A stretch of 64,000 nucleotides of DNA from Thermodesulfovibrionales bacterium (GTDB lineage: Bacteria > Nitrospirota > Thermodesulfovibrionia > Thermodesulfovibrionales > UBA6898), in the NCBI GenBank assembly GCA_044450345.1, contig JBIOIY010000001.1, forward strand, positions 1 through 64,000. The letters are read 5' to 3'. This document shows positions 47,780 to 59,053 of this stretch, piece by piece; the stretch's first letter is position 1; each line of letters opens with the position of its first letter. The notes below the pieces were generated by a model that did no database searches, was not told the origin of the DNA, and was given only the letters and a program-made list of their open reading frames with translations. A program made the translations under genes and the position numbers.

Positions 47780-48488
47780 TCGACCTCACGGGAATGGCCC
47801 CAAAGCGGCGTTCCCTCCCCTGAAAGTCCTGTATGGCAAGCATCATCTCCGCCCTGTCGAAATCAGGCCAGAGCGTGTCGGTAAAGTAAAGTTCCGCATA
47901 CGCGCTTTGCCAGAGGAGGAAATTGGACAGTCTCCTTTCCCCGCTCGTTCTTATGATAAGGTCAGGAGGAGGCAGACCTTCCGTGTCCAGATACCGTGAA
48001 AATGTATCTTCCGTAAGTTCCCCGACATCGCAGCCCGAGGCAGCGACCCTTTTCATTGCCCTCACGATCTCGTTCCTTCCGCTGTAACTGAGGGCGGTCA
48101 CAAGGGTCATACCTTTGTTCGCAGCCGTCCTCTCTTCAGTCTCCTGAACGAGGGCACGTATGTTTTCCGGAAGTCTCCATATCTCGCCGATCACTTTAAA
48201 CACGATACCACGCTTCATGAGTATTGATAATTCTTTCTTGAGATAGATCTCCAGCAGCCTCATCAGCATCGACACCTCGGACGGCGGACGCTGCCAGTTT
48301 TCGGTCGAAAAGGCATAGAGGGTAAGACATTTGATCCCGATCTCGGCTGAAAGCTCTATGATCTCCTTTGCGCGTTCAGCCCCGACCCTGTGGCCCTCCG
48401 CTCTCGGAAGGCCCCTCAACTGTGCCCACCTCCCGTTTCCGTCCATGATTACTCCGACATGTGACGGTATATTTCCCGACAGACTCAC
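47769..48488 (-). CDS. uppS: Undecaprenyl diphosphate synthase
   Basis: IMDGNGRWA, FSTENW.RP, RTSGE.RLSNFLLWQ. Confidence 0.97.
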   Translation of the reverse strand: MSLSGNIPSHVGVIMDGNGRWAQLRGLPRAEGHRVGAERAKEIIELSAEIGIKCLTLYAFSTENWQRPPSEVSMLMRLLEIYLKKELSILMKRGIVFKVIGEIWRLPENIRALVQETEERTAANKGMTLVTALSYSGRNEIVRAMKRVAASGCDVGELTEDTFSRYLDTEGLPPPDLIIRTSGERRLSNFLLWQSAYAELYFTDTLWPDFDRAEMMLAIQDFQGRERRFGAIPVRSNAS

Positions 48489-48494
48489 TCTCTT

Positions 48495-50147
48495 CTACCT
48501 CCCTTTCACGGAATAGATATATAATACAACTCCGAGCGGGTTTTCGCCCTTTAGAATATTGCCGAACTTAACCCCCATGAAGGGGCTTGCAAGGACCATG
48601 ATCTGATCTCCCGCCAGCGTGTAGTCCTGAATGCTTCCACTCACTCCCTCTATGAGGACCCCCTCTTCCATCGAAAAACCGTTCCACCAGTAGTTCCTTA
48701 TCTCGGACTTCTTATAACCGAAGCCCTTCGCCATCTCAGCCAGCGGCACCCTCTTCACCGCAAGGACCTCCCTGCGCGTCTGCACCAGCCTGTCTTTCAC
48801 CGACCACACCTTTTCGGGGGCATAGGTAGTCGGCGACTGTTTCTTGAACGTAGTTATGAATCCGCCGTTAGGTGAACTGCTCCTCCATAGCTTTGTCCCC
48901 TTGTCATCATACAGGTTCAGGTAGCCGTCGTCGTCATAGGCCAAGAGGACCTTTTCCTTCGACTCGCCTTCGATAGGCACGAAATCGTAGATATTGACCC
49001 CCTTTGGCGTTTTTATCTTGTCTCCCTTGGTAAACGCTCCGTCCCACTTGACATAAAAAATGTCTCCCGAAAAACCGTCCGAATATGCCTGCGCGATAAG
49101 TCCGTCTCCCAACCTGCGGAGGAAATAATTGCCTTCCCATAATTTCTTGAAGACGGAACCTTCCAGCCCATAGACATACGATACGACTGAATCATTCCGC
49201 ATCGAGGTCACGATAATTTCGTCCTTTCCGTCCTTGTTGAGGTCCATCGTGTCGAGATAGAGATGGTCGTCTTTACCGGAGCCCTTTACCTCACCCATGA
49301 CCTTGAGTTCCGCCCCCGGGAGGTATATCCTGATGTCCCTGCCTGTGCTGAGAAGTACCTCTTGTTTCCCGTCCCCGTAAATATCGCCGGCGGCGATGAG
49401 CCTGGCCCCGAAGGGAAGGTCGAACGTCGTCACCGCTGCACCTGCATGCGGGGCAAAGAACTCTTCGCCGAACCTCAGTTCCTTCGCATAACCGGCGTCG
49501 ACAGTCGTACCGTTATCGATGAACTTCACGCCGTCTGCGACCCAGTAAAGTCTTACTCTCATCTGCGTGGTCTTGTCGGTTTCTTTCCCGCTAACCATCA
49601 TCGCCACTTCGGCCCCGGCTTTTTTCGCTTCAGCCAGGACCTTTGTTTCGTCGTCCGTATCGAGCGCCGTATCAACCATCTCCACCCTGCCGGTCGATTT
49701 CAGTTTCCTGTAAAAATCATCCGCGAGGTACCAGTCTATGCTCTTGTCCTGATAGAAAAAGAGCCTCATCTTGGTCTCGGAGAGTCTGACGCTGTCACCC
49801 TCCCTCGCTTCCCCATCTACTATACTTCCTGATGACGACCCGGCCTGCACGTCCTTTATCTCGATCTTGCCGACCGTCGATTCGACATTTCCGAGAAGTT
49901 CTTTTGTCACCGGATGCAGAAACGGGGCACCCTCCCGCAACACCCTCAGCCTCATGCCCGGCTTGAGGCCTTCTTTTTCGCCGATGGAAACAAAGACCTT
50001 GCCGCCCTCCAGACGCACGACCTTCCCCGACTGGGGTTTGAAATAGGCCATCGTATCGTCTTTCAGTTTGGTAATAGGGTCTTGCTCTGTCCCGTACGCC
50101 GTAGCCGCAATAAGAAAAGATATCAGGACGACCAGAATACGCTTCAT
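48495..50147 (-). CDS. Exported FG-GAP/VCBS-repeat protein
   Basis: Signal peptide from ATG 50147 (ATGA overlap with GH57 stop); GDIYGDGKQE and DLNKDGKDE repeats. Confidence 0.82.
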   Translation of the reverse strand: MKRILVVLISFLIAATAYGTEQDPITKLKDDTMAYFKPQSGKVVRLEGGKVFVSIGEKEGLKPGMRLRVLREGAPFLHPVTKELLGNVESTVGKIEIKDVQAGSSSGSIVDGEAREGDSVRLSETKMRLFFYQDKSIDWYLADDFYRKLKSTGRVEMVDTALDTDDETKVLAEAKKAGAEVAMMVSGKETDKTTQMRVRLYWVADGVKFIDNGTTVDAGYAKELRFGEEFFAPHAGAAVTTFDLPFGARLIAAGDIYGDGKQEVLLSTGRDIRIYLPGAELKVMGEVKGSGKDDHLYLDTMDLNKDGKDEIIVTSMRNDSVVSYVYGLEGSVFKKLWEGNYFLRRLGDGLIAQAYSDGFSGDIFYVKWDGAFTKGDKIKTPKGVNIYDFVPIEGESKEKVLLAYDDDGYLNLYDDKGTKLWRSSSPNGGFITTFKKQSPTTYAPEKVWSVKDRLVQTRREVLAVKRVPLAEMAKGFGYKKSEIRNYWWNGFSMEEGVLIEGVSGSIQDYTLAGDQIMVLASPFMGVKFGNILKGENPLGVVLYIYSVKGR

Positions 50148-52219
50148 TTCGTGTCCTCCCCGAAGCTCATCGTAAACCACATTTTTTTCCTCCCCTGCAA
50201 ATCTATATTCCTTATAAAGAGAAAACACGTCCCCTGGTAAAGCCTTTCGACGCCGTCTTCAGAGAGCGAGACTGTCTCGACCGGATAATGCCAGAGGACC
50301 ACGCCTTCGTTGAACGCAAAATCAATGACGAGGTCCAGATATTTGTCTTTTACGCTGAAATCCTTCACGTTCTCGTGCACCGCGGTACTGCGGACAGTCA
50401 ACATCTTTGCGCCCCGCCTGATCAGCGCGTGAGGGGAACCGAGCAGTGATAAATTCATCTCCACCGCAAATAGCCCCGAGTACGCCCCCGTAAGCGTATA
50501 CTCCACTTTGATCTTCTTCGGCCCGGCCGCGGTCAGGGTCTTCTCTATCGCCAGCCTGCGCTGCCCGGCAATACCCTGCCTTGAAAGGGAAAGAGAAAAA
50601 GTCTCCCCCTTCTGCGAGGAGCGCATTGCATATACACCCCCGACAAAATCGCCGAGTTCCTCGTGCGCAGAGCGCGCGATGTCCCCGACAGCCGTCTCCA
50701 CGGAAAAAAAACGGTCTATCAGGGAAGCCCTCCTGTACGAATCATATACAAGATGGTCGGACAGGCCCGCCTCCTTTACCGAGAGCATTTCGTGGATCGT
50801 CCTCGTCTCATCGTGACCGGAATGTGAGGCATCGGAAAGTTTTGCATGATACGCCTCAGGGCGCCGTGAAATAATATCGCAGATATTAACCGCCTGTTTG
50901 TAAAGCGACAGTTCGGAGATGCTACCTCCCTTTTCGGTGACCGCCATTGCGTAGTGTCTGGTATTGACGAGGAGATCGTCGAAACCGTCGCAGTCAAAAT
51001 CGTTCCGTACGACGGTGGTGCGGGCCTTAAGGATGCCCGCCGACGCCGATTCGGCCCTGATGAGGTGACGATAGAGCGCTGACCTGAGGTGCGGCAGATA
51101 CAGGCCCCCGAAGACGCCGTGCCAATACGCGTCGTTGCACTGACCCTTCCAGAGTTCCGTGCGGGCGTCGCGTCGTTTCTTCGAGTCCCCTTTAAAGGCC
51201 GCATGCACCTTCCCGCTGATCATAAACATCCTTTTGTGGATGTGGTTGGCCTCGGGGTATTTCACCATGAAAGACCGCCAAATGCCTCCCCTCAGGAGTT
51301 GCTTTGCCCGGTCCCCTATCGTCCTCTGCAGTTCTTCAAGGACCCGTTCGTATTCAAGGCCTTCTTTCGCGGGCAGTGTCCACTCTCCCATCTCTCTGTA
51401 GGAAGCAGTCGGGAGGTACGTCCTGCCGAGGGGCCTGAATTTCGATCGGTACTCGCCGAAAGTCGTAGTCTCGATCCACTCTGAATTTCTCTCGATCGAG
51501 GAGAGGAACTTATCGAGCCACCGTTCCTCATATACATGTTTATAGGTATTCGGCCAGACGCCGAATTTCTCCCCGTCGTCGGCCATAGTCAAAAGCGGAT
51601 GCCCGCCGCGCATATATATCTCCCTGAAGTAGGAGATGATCTCGTCGACCGTCCTGAACGGTATCATATATCTTAGTTTCTCGCTGCCCGGGAAGACGCA
51701 GAGTTCGCTCCCTTCATCTTCCGTTACATAGTAGCCGAGGAGATCGTCATCTTCGAGCCCGGTCAGCTTGAAGTGGTAGTCGTCGATCGGGACATACTCT
51801 ATTCCCGCCTTCGCAATGGACTTCGGCATCTGTGGCTCCCACACCCTCTCGGCAAGCCACATTCCCCTAGGTGAATACCCGAGGCTCTTCCTGATAAATT
51901 TAGACATTTCAGTCACCTGGAGTATCCTGTCCCTCTCCGGCAACACCGAGAGGATAGGCTCGTAAAGCCCTCCTGAAAGAAGTTCGACCCGACCGCTGTC
52001 TGTAAGCGTCTTTATGATGTCGAATGCCTCAGGATGTTTTTCCTGAATCCATAAGAGCAGGTTGCCTGAGTAATGAAGGACGACCTTTAGCCCCGGGTGG
52101 TCGAGGAGTGTTTCGAGAAAAGGCAGATAGGACTTCCTGTAGCACTCCTCGATGACATGCTCAAAATTGCCCACCGGCTGGTGGTTATGAAATGCGAGGA
52201 CAAGATAAAGCTTCGACAT
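50144..52219 (-). CDS. GH57 alpha-amylase/4-alpha-glucanotransferase
   Basis: HNHQPVGN, WLAERVWEP, DDGEKFGVWP, QCNDAYWHGVFGG. Confidence 0.94.
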   Translation of the reverse strand: MSKLYLVLAFHNHQPVGNFEHVIEECYRKSYLPFLETLLDHPGLKVVLHYSGNLLLWIQEKHPEAFDIIKTLTDSGRVELLSGGLYEPILSVLPERDRILQVTEMSKFIRKSLGYSPRGMWLAERVWEPQMPKSIAKAGIEYVPIDDYHFKLTGLEDDDLLGYYVTEDEGSELCVFPGSEKLRYMIPFRTVDEIISYFREIYMRGGHPLLTMADDGEKFGVWPNTYKHVYEERWLDKFLSSIERNSEWIETTTFGEYRSKFRPLGRTYLPTASYREMGEWTLPAKEGLEYERVLEELQRTIGDRAKQLLRGGIWRSFMVKYPEANHIHKRMFMISGKVHAAFKGDSKKRRDARTELWKGQCNDAYWHGVFGGLYLPHLRSALYRHLIRAESASAGILKARTTVVRNDFDCDGFDDLLVNTRHYAMAVTEKGGSISELSLYKQAVNICDIISRRPEAYHAKLSDASHSGHDETRTIHEMLSVKEAGLSDHLVYDSYRRASLIDRFFSVETAVGDIARSAHEELGDFVGGVYAMRSSQKGETFSLSLSRQGIAGQRRLAIEKTLTAAGPKKIKVEYTLTGAYSGLFAVEMNLSLLGSPHALIRRGAKMLTVRSTAVHENVKDFSVKDKYLDLVIDFAFNEGVVLWHYPVETVSLSEDGVERLYQGTCFLFIRNIDLQGRKKMWFTMSFGEDTK

Positions 52220-52372
52220 TTATTATCCGTTTAAAAGCATGTATAAATAGCCTGCTCCCTCAAAAAAAGTGAATAAAAACAGGAATAAAACTTAGCTATA
52301 CAATATACCACAAACAGGAGACAGGTGGAAAGAAAAGGAAGATATAGGGAGTGTCCGAGGACACTACCAGAT

Positions 52373-53488
52373 TTAGATTATTACGAGGTTGTCCCGGTGG
52401 ATCGCCTCGTCGGAATACTTGTAGCCCAGTATCGTCTCTATCTCGGAAGTTTTCTTACCCATGATTTTCCTGATGTCCGAAGACGAATAATTGACAATAC
52501 CCTTTGCGACGCGCCGGCCTTTGATGTCCGCGCAATTCACCGCATCTCCAAGTTCGAAATCCCCATCGACCGAGATGATGCCGGAAGGCAAAAGACTCCT
52601 GCCCATATCTGTGACCGCCTTCACCGCGCCGTCGTCGAGGACGAGCATGCCCTTCGTCCGGCTGCTGTAGGCTATCCATCCCTTCCTGTGAGAAAGCCTG
52701 CACGGCCCGGGTTTGAAATATGTCCCGTGCTGTTTGCCGTTCAGTACGGCCTTGATCAGGCCCTTTTTCTTTCCGCTTATGATATTCACCGGGATGCAAT
52801 GGGAGACCGCCTTTTTCGCGGCGAGAACCTTTGAATACATGCCGCCGGTCCCGACACCGCTTCCTGCGCCTCCGGAGCGTTTTTCGATCTCCGCGGTTAT
52901 CTCCTCTACGCATGAGACCAGTTCCGCCCCAGGATTGAACCTCGGGTCCGCCGTGTAGAGACCTTCCACATCCGAAAGGATCACGAGCCTGTCAGCCTCG
53001 GTAAGCACCGAAACGAGCGCTGCCAGGTTATCGTTATCGCCGAACTTGATCTCGTCCGTTGCAACGGTATCGTTTTCGTTCACGATCGGCACTACGCCAT
53101 AAGAAAGCAGGGTAAGGAGCGTATTTTTCGAGTTGATATACCGCTTCCTGTCCGAAAAATCCTCCTGCGTAAGGAGCACCTGCGCCACCTTTGTATCAAA
53201 CTCGCTGAAACTCTTTTCGTAGGCCCACATGAGACTGCTCTGTCCGACGGCCGCGGCAGCCTGCTTGAGCTGTATGTCTCTTGGCTTCTGTTTAAGCCCC
53301 AGCTTTTTCATGCCTGCAGCGACCGCGCCTGAAGACACGATCACGACATCGTATCCCTCAGTCTTCAACTCTGCGACGTCCGAGGCGATGGAAGAGATGC
53401 GCTTCGTGTTCAGCCCTTCTTTTTCATCCGCAAGTATGTTGCTCCCGATCTTCACCACAAGCCTTTTCATTTCAGAAAAATTATACAT
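52373..53488 (-). CDS. proB: Glutamate 5-kinase
   Basis: VVKIGS, NENDTV, FGDND, GTGGM..K, C-terminal PUA domain; start may be 53509, 53488 or 53470. Confidence 0.96.
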   Translation of the reverse strand: MYNFSEMKRLVVKIGSNILADEKEGLNTKRISSIASDVAELKTEGYDVVIVSSGAVAAGMKKLGLKQKPRDIQLKQAAAAVGQSSLMWAYEKSFSEFDTKVAQVLLTQEDFSDRKRYINSKNTLLTLLSYGVVPIVNENDTVATDEIKFGDNDNLAALVSVLTEADRLVILSDVEGLYTADPRFNPGAELVSCVEEITAEIEKRSGGAGSGVGTGGMYSKVLAAKKAVSHCIPVNIISGKKKGLIKAVLNGKQHGTYFKPGPCRLSHRKGWIAYSSRTKGMLVLDDGAVKAVTDMGRSLLPSGIISVDGDFELGDAVNCADIKGRRVAKGIVNYSSSDIRKIMGKKTSEIETILGYKYSDEAIHRDNLVII

Positions 53489-53533
53489 CACGGGATTGAC
53501 GGTTGTCATCCGTGATATGGTAGTATTGAATTT

Positions 53534-54196
53534 ATGAAGAAGATTCTCATCTTCGATAACATGAAGGCATCGGCTGAAGCGAAGAAGAACATCTTGTCGG
53601 GATACGACTGTACATTCTTTACTGCCATATCAGGGGAAGAAGCGATGAGAATTCACCGCAAGGAGAAAGTCGACCTCATAATAAGAGACATCGATATGCC
53701 TGGAACGACCGGCGAAGGCTTCTGCTCAACGATAAGAGAAGACTATGGACTAAAAAAAGTCTCAATAATAATGATACGTTCTGACAGGGAATCCGATATC
53801 AGAAGATATAAAGCCTGCGGGGCAAACGCCTATATAAGAAAACCGATAAACCCTCAGGAACTATTTCAAAAAGTGGGCGAGCTGTTGAATATCTCCCCGA
53901 GATTGAACATGCGAGTTCTCATAAGGGTAAAGGTCAAAGGGAAGTTCGCGGGTGAGTTCATCTCCCACTCGAAAAATATAAGCGCATCGGGCATTCTCCT
54001 CGAAACGGACACGGTCCTTGAAAAGGGAGACCTTATACGTTGCGACTTCTTTCTCGGCCCGAATCAGGTAAACTCAGAGGGAGAGATTATGCGGGTGACA
54101 AAAAAGCAGCAAAAACTCTATCAGTACGGGGTAAAGTTCATTGACATCGATTCACTCTCCAAGGCGACGATAGAAAAGTATATACACAGGCTTTAA
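53534..54196 (+). CDS. Response regulator receiver fused to PilZ domain
   Basis: REC (DIDMPG, KP) plus RLNMR (RxxxR) and NISASG motifs. Confidence 0.88.
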   Translation: MKKILIFDNMKASAEAKKNILSGYDCTFFTAISGEEAMRIHRKEKVDLIIRDIDMPGTTGEGFCSTIREDYGLKKVSIIMIRSDRESDIRRYKACGANAYIRKPINPQELFQKVGELLNISPRLNMRVLIRVKVKGKFAGEFISHSKNISASGILLETDTVLEKGDLIRCDFFLGPNQVNSEGEIMRVTKKQQKLYQYGVKFIDIDSLSKATIEKYIHRL

Positions 54197-54338
54197 TCTC
54201 TATACCCGATGCCAATCGCTTGCCCTCATGCACTACCCTGAACCAAATGCCATATAAAAAAAACGAAAATGGGCCTTATATAATAATCCTCACCCTATGC
54301 AACTTTAATCAAACTCTTTCTAGCTGAATTGAGAGAAT

Positions 54339-55907
54339 TTATTCTTCTTCTTTGAGAAGCTTGTAATCGACGCTGTCGACGAGAGCCTGGTATGACGCCT
54401 CGATGATGTTCTCAGAAACTCCGACCGTGCCCCACCGGCTTTCTTTGTCACCCGATTCGATCAGGACCCGTACCTTAGCGCTCGTGCCTTTCCCGGCTGT
54501 AAGGACCCTGACCTTATAGTCATGCAGTTTCACTTCCTTCAGGCCGGGATAGAACTTCTCGAGCGCCTTTCTCAGCGCGTGGTCCAGCGCGTTCACCGGG
54601 CCTTTGCCGGTCGCAGCGGTATGTTCGATATGCCCTCCGACTTTCACCATGATCGTAGCCTCGCTGATCGGGTCTTCTCCCTCTTTCCGCTTCTCGACGA
54701 TAAGTCTGAACCCCATGAGTTCGAAAAACTTCTTGTGCAGACCGAGCGACTTCTTCATAAGCAGTTCGAAGGAAGCCTCGGCGCCCTCGAACTGGAAGCC
54801 CTGGTTTTCGAGCTCCTTCAGTTTCGTAACGATGTCCTGTATCTGCACGGAATCGTTCGCCAGCCTAATGCCGAACTCCTCGGCCTTTCTCAGGATGTTG
54901 CTCCTTCCTGCCAGGTCCGATATCAATACCCTCTGCGAATTCCCGACAAGCTCGGGCCTGATGTGTTCGTACGTTTCGGGCCGCTTCTGAATCGCGCTGA
55001 CATGCATACCGCCCTTATGGGCAAATGCGCTGTCGCCGGTGTAGGGCTGACGTTTGAAATGCCTGAGGTTGGCGATCTCCGTCACGAAACGGGACACATC
55101 CCTCAACTTCTTAATCTGGTCGGGCGTAATGCATTGGATGCCGAGCTTGAGCTGGATGTTCGGTATGATCGAAATGAGGTTTGCGTTGCCGCACCTCTCG
55201 CCGAGGCCGTTTATCGTGCCCTGCACATGGGAGGCGCCGATCTCGACGCTCACCACGGAGTTCGCAACGGCACACTCAGTGTCATTGTGGATATGGACGC
55301 CGATCGGAGCGCTGTATCCCTCTACCGCCTTTTTCACGATGTCCTGAAGCACCGAGGTGATAGTCCCGCCGTTAGTATCGCAAAGGACAAGGCAGTCGGC
55401 CCCCGCATCCTGTGCGGCCTGCAGGCATTTGAGCGCATACTTGGGGTTATGGATATACCCGTCGAAGAAATGCTCCGCGTCAAAAAAGACCTTATCCGCA
55501 TGCTTTTTCAGAAAGGCTACCGAATCGCTGATTATGTCGAGGTTTTCTTCAAGCGGGACACGGAGCGCCTCTTTCACATGGAAGTCCCACGTCTTTCCGA
55601 ATATCGTAATTATCGGGGCGCCGGCCTCGACAAGGGCCTTCATCGTCTCATCGTGCGCCGGTTTTTTCTTCGGCCTGTGCGTACTGCCGAAGGCGACCAC
55701 CTTTGAATTTGCAAGTTTGAGCCTGGAGACCTTCTTGAAATATTCTATGTCCCTGGGGTTGGAGCCCGGATACCCGCCCTCGATATAGTGTATGCCGAGC
55801 TCGTCGAGCTTCTCGGTGATCCTCAATTTGTCTTCGACTGAAAAGGCCACATCCTCGGACTGTGCGCCGTCCCTGAGGGTCGTATCGTATAATTCAATTC
55901 TTCGCAT
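54339..55907 (-). CDS. cimA: Citramalate synthase
   Basis: YDTTLRDGAQ, FFDAEHFFDG, AFAHKGGMH, FEGAEASFELL. Confidence 0.94.
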   Translation of the reverse strand: MRRIELYDTTLRDGAQSEDVAFSVEDKLRITEKLDELGIHYIEGGYPGSNPRDIEYFKKVSRLKLANSKVVAFGSTHRPKKKPAHDETMKALVEAGAPIITIFGKTWDFHVKEALRVPLEENLDIISDSVAFLKKHADKVFFDAEHFFDGYIHNPKYALKCLQAAQDAGADCLVLCDTNGGTITSVLQDIVKKAVEGYSAPIGVHIHNDTECAVANSVVSVEIGASHVQGTINGLGERCGNANLISIIPNIQLKLGIQCITPDQIKKLRDVSRFVTEIANLRHFKRQPYTGDSAFAHKGGMHVSAIQKRPETYEHIRPELVGNSQRVLISDLAGRSNILRKAEEFGIRLANDSVQIQDIVTKLKELENQGFQFEGAEASFELLMKKSLGLHKKFFELMGFRLIVEKRKEGEDPISEATIMVKVGGHIEHTAATGKGPVNALDHALRKALEKFYPGLKEVKLHDYKVRVLTAGKGTSAKVRVLIESGDKESRWGTVGVSENIIEASYQALVDSVDYKLLKEEE

Positions 55908-55915
55908 GAGCGCCA

Positions 55916-57148
55916 CTACACCTTCGCAGCTTCCGCAAGACCGAATGCCTCGTGTAGCACCCTTACGGCGAGCTCCGTAAATTTGAGGTCGATGACGCAG
56001 GAAACTTTTATCTCCGAGGTGCTGATCATCACGATGTTTATACCGTGGCCGGCAAGGGTCTGAAACATCTTCGCGGCAACACCGGAGTGTGTCCTCATGC
56101 CGACGCCCACGATCGAGACCTTGCTTATGTCTTCCCTCAGGTCAACCCTCTTCGCGCCGAGTTCCTTTGCTATCTTCCCTGTAACCTCAACCGCGTGACG
56201 CGATTCTGTCTTGGGTATCGTAAAAGAGATGTCCGCGGATTTGCCGTCGCTGCTGACGTTCTGGACTATCATGTCGACCACTATATTCGAGGAAGCTATG
56301 ACGTCGAAGAGTCTGGCAGCGATACCCGGTTTGTCGGGGACGTCAACGATAGTGATCTTTGCCTGGTTTTTGTCGTAAGCTACTCCTGATACCACTACAT
56401 TCTCCATGTCTTTATCCTCCTGAACAACAAGTGTCCCCGGGTTGTCGTTAAAGCTCGACCTGACGACTACAGGCACATTGTACTTCATTGCAAATTCGAC
56501 AGACCTGGCCTGCAAGACTTTAGCGCCGAGACTCGCCAGTTCAAGCATCTCTTCGTAGGAAATCTTATCGAGTTTCCTGGCCCCGGGCACTATATTCGGG
56601 TCTGTCGTATAGACGCCGTCGACATCCGTGTATATCTCGCAGAGGTCGGCCTTGATCGCAGCGGCAACCGCCACCGCCGAAAGATCGGACCCTCCCCGCC
56701 CTAGTGTCGTCACGTCCGTCTCTCCCTCGGTTGTTCCCTGAAAGCCGGCGATGACCACGATAAAGCCGTCGCCCAGGGCCTTCCTGATCCTCTCGCCCGT
56801 GATCCGCTCTATCCTCGCCTTCATATGCACCGTATCAGTAATAATGCCGGCCTGTCTTCCGGTCATCGACTTCGCCTTATGCCCGAGCGCCTCCACCGCC
56901 ATCGCGGTCAGCGCGGACGTAACACGCTCACCCGAAGAGAGGAGCATGTCCATCTCCCTCTCGCCGGGCGACGAGGATATCTTTTGGGCAAGCCCGATAA
57001 GTTTGTCCGTCTCTCCCGACATGGCAGATACGACCACCACGACCTGGTTGCCCTGTTTCGAGGTCTTAACGACCCGTTCGGCGACCGCCTTTATCCTCTC
57101 TGTTGTGCCTACCGAGGTGCCTCCGTATTTCTGGACTATCAGCGCCAA
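55916..57148 (-). CDS. lysC: Aspartate kinase
   Basis: [17 protein letters not shown], two ACT domains; TTG start with GGAGG RBS. Confidence 0.96.
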   Translation of the reverse strand: MALIVQKYGGTSVGTTERIKAVAERVVKTSKQGNQVVVVVSAMSGETDKLIGLAQKISSSPGEREMDMLLSSGERVTSALTAMAVEALGHKAKSMTGRQAGIITDTVHMKARIERITGERIRKALGDGFIVVIAGFQGTTEGETDVTTLGRGGSDLSAVAVAAAIKADLCEIYTDVDGVYTTDPNIVPGARKLDKISYEEMLELASLGAKVLQARSVEFAMKYNVPVVVRSSFNDNPGTLVVQEDKDMENVVVSGVAYDKNQAKITIVDVPDKPGIAARLFDVIASSNIVVDMIVQNVSSDGKSADISFTIPKTESRHAVEVTGKIAKELGAKRVDLREDISKVSIVGVGMRTHSGVAAKMFQTLAGHGINIVMISTSEIKVSCVIDLKFTELAVRVLHEAFGLAEAAKV

Positions 57149-57193
57149 CTCTCTCCTCCACTCGAATATGACTTTACGGTTGATGCCGCCATA

Positions 57194-58405
57194 TCACCTT
57201 CCCTTGATAAAGAAGTCCATCAGTTTGTGGCCTTCTTCGAAAGACAGCGCATCGGCCCTGTCCGCGATCTTCTCATCGAATTGCATCCCTTTGTTCTTCC
57301 TTATATCACGGCTGTCAAAAAGCACAAAAGGCACAGGGTCGCCGGTATGTGTCCTCAATTCCACAGGTGTCGGATGATCGGGAAGGAGGAGTATCCTGTA
57401 TTCCCCGAGAGCCTTTGCCCCCCTGAGTACGGTCCCGACCACAAGCCTGTCGAAATCCTCGATAGCCTTGATCTTGTCCCTGGTCTTTCCCGAATGCCCC
57501 GCCTCATCAGGGGCCTCGACATGGATATAGACGAAGTCCGTTTCTTTCAGGGCCTTAAGCGCCGCCTCCGCCTTGCCTTTATAATTTGTATCAAGATATC
57601 CTGTGATGCCGGGGACATCGAGTATCCTGAACCCTGCGTATATGCCCAGTCCTTTAGTGAGGTCCACTGCCGAAATGAGGGCGCCTTCCATCGAATATTT
57701 CTTGCGGAATGTCGGCAGGGCCGGTTTTTTCCCCTGTCCCCACAGCCATACGGCGTTGCCTGGGTTCTTGCCGTTCTTGATCCTCTTCCTGTTTATGGGG
57801 TGGTCTATCAAAAGATCCACCGACTCTGCCATTATCTTTCTGATCACTTCATCGCCTTCTCCCACAGGCAGATAATCCAGGATGCTCTTGCCGGTGATGT
57901 CATGGGGAGGTACGCATTCCACATCTGCCGAACCCCCGGACCAGACCATAAGGTGGCGGTAACTCACGCCGGGATAGAACCTGATATGCCTTGTGCCGAG
58001 TTTGGCATCGATCTCCCTGATCAGCTCAGCGGCCTCTTTCGTCGTGATATGCCCGCTGCTGTAATCCTCCATAATGGCCCTGGTCCTGCTCCTGTTGTAC
58101 TTGAGCGTGACGAGGTTGCAGCGGAACGCAACGTCGCTTCTCCCGAGTTTTACGCCGATACTTGCGGCCTCAAGAGGGGCCCTTCCGGAATAATACTTAT
58201 GCGGGTCGTATCCGAGTATGCTCAGATTTGCGACATCCGAACCGGGATGCATGCCCGCGGGCACGGTCCTCACCCTTCCGGGAATGCCTCTTACGGCAAG
58301 CTTGTCCATGTTCGGCGTAGAGGCCTTCTGAAGCGGCGTCCTGCCGCCCAGCTCCTTAAGCGGTCTGTCCGCCATTCCGTCTCCGACTATCACGATATAT
58401 TTCAT
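57194..58405 (-). CDS. apgM: Cofactor-independent phosphoglycerate mutase-like protein (ApgM family)
   Basis: GDGMAD, PGSDVAN, GRAPLEA, HVEAPDEAGH, PDHPTP. Confidence 0.9.
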   Translation of the reverse strand: MKYIVIVGDGMADRPLKELGGRTPLQKASTPNMDKLAVRGIPGRVRTVPAGMHPGSDVANLSILGYDPHKYYSGRAPLEAASIGVKLGRSDVAFRCNLVTLKYNRSRTRAIMEDYSSGHITTKEAAELIREIDAKLGTRHIRFYPGVSYRHLMVWSGGSADVECVPPHDITGKSILDYLPVGEGDEVIRKIMAESVDLLIDHPINRKRIKNGKNPGNAVWLWGQGKKPALPTFRKKYSMEGALISAVDLTKGLGIYAGFRILDVPGITGYLDTNYKGKAEAALKALKETDFVYIHVEAPDEAGHSGKTRDKIKAIEDFDRLVVGTVLRGAKALGEYRILLLPDHPTPVELRTHTGDPVPFVLFDSRDIRKNKGMQFDEKIADRADALSFEEGHKLMDFFIKGR

Positions 58406-58482
58406 AAGATTTCCTTAAAAATCCCTTCAGTTGGCATTATCAGCGGCTTTATCCCGGCTGATGCTGAAAAAAAATCAGGGAG

Positions 58483-58719
58483 CTATTCTACGACATCACC
58501 CTCGACAAGTTCGACCTCTATACTTTTTCCCTTCAGCCAGTGCATCCCTTTTTCAAGGTCTTCTTCCGTCCCCTCTAATTCAAGTATCATCTCGCCGACG
58601 GTCTCTGTGACCCTGGCCCTTCTGATGTTAGGCATTACATTAAACTGCTTCGCCATCGTAAAGATCACGGGTTCCTTGATAAGCTGCTGCGGGAATGTCA
58701 GTTTGACCCTCTTCTTCAT
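58483..58719 (-). CDS. Stand-alone NIL domain protein
   Basis: LTFP...IKEPVI......F.V.PNIRRA.V....GE..LEL.G; ATG overlaps upstream TGA (ATGA). Confidence 0.88.
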   Translation of the reverse strand: MKKRVKLTFPQQLIKEPVIFTMAKQFNVMPNIRRARVTETVGEMILELEGTEEDLEKGMHWLKGKSIEVELVEGDVVE

Positions 58720-59033
58720 CTCACCACCCTGTCCCAGCGGATATTTTCCCGCACACATGACGCGCCGCCGGCGATAGCGGGCACTATCGATACCTCGTCT
58801 CCATCTTTTACGGCTGTCTCCTCGGCCTTGAGGAAGCGAATGTCCTCGTCGTTTACGTAGATGTTCACAAACCTCCGGATCTTGCCGTTTTCGGATATCC
58901 TCTCTCCGATTCCCGGGAACTTCTTCTCAAGATCGTTCACAAGTTCGATAATACTTCCCGCTGCTCCTTCGACCTCTTCCTTTCCCTGGGTCAGCCGCTG
59001 AAGCGGCGTCGGGATCCTAACCTTCACTGCCAT
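58716..59033 (-). CDS. ThiS/MoaD-family ubiquitin-like sulfur carrier with C-terminal extension
   Basis: VRIPTPL, FVNIYVNDEDIR, SIVPAIAGG followed by 15 extra residues. Confidence 0.92.
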   Translation of the reverse strand: MAVKVRIPTPLQRLTQGKEEVEGAAGSIIELVNDLEKKFPGIGERISENGKIRRFVNIYVNDEDIRFLKAEETAVKDGDEVSIVPAIAGGASCVRENIRWDRVVR

Positions 59034-59053
59034 TTATTTTTCCTCCTTATCGG

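Noticed and set aside
56825..58777. 650-aa plus-strand ORF
   Set aside because: Antisense shadow of lysC, apgM and NIL with no recognisable motifs; the same applies to 15684-17867, 41058-42035 and 54522-55706
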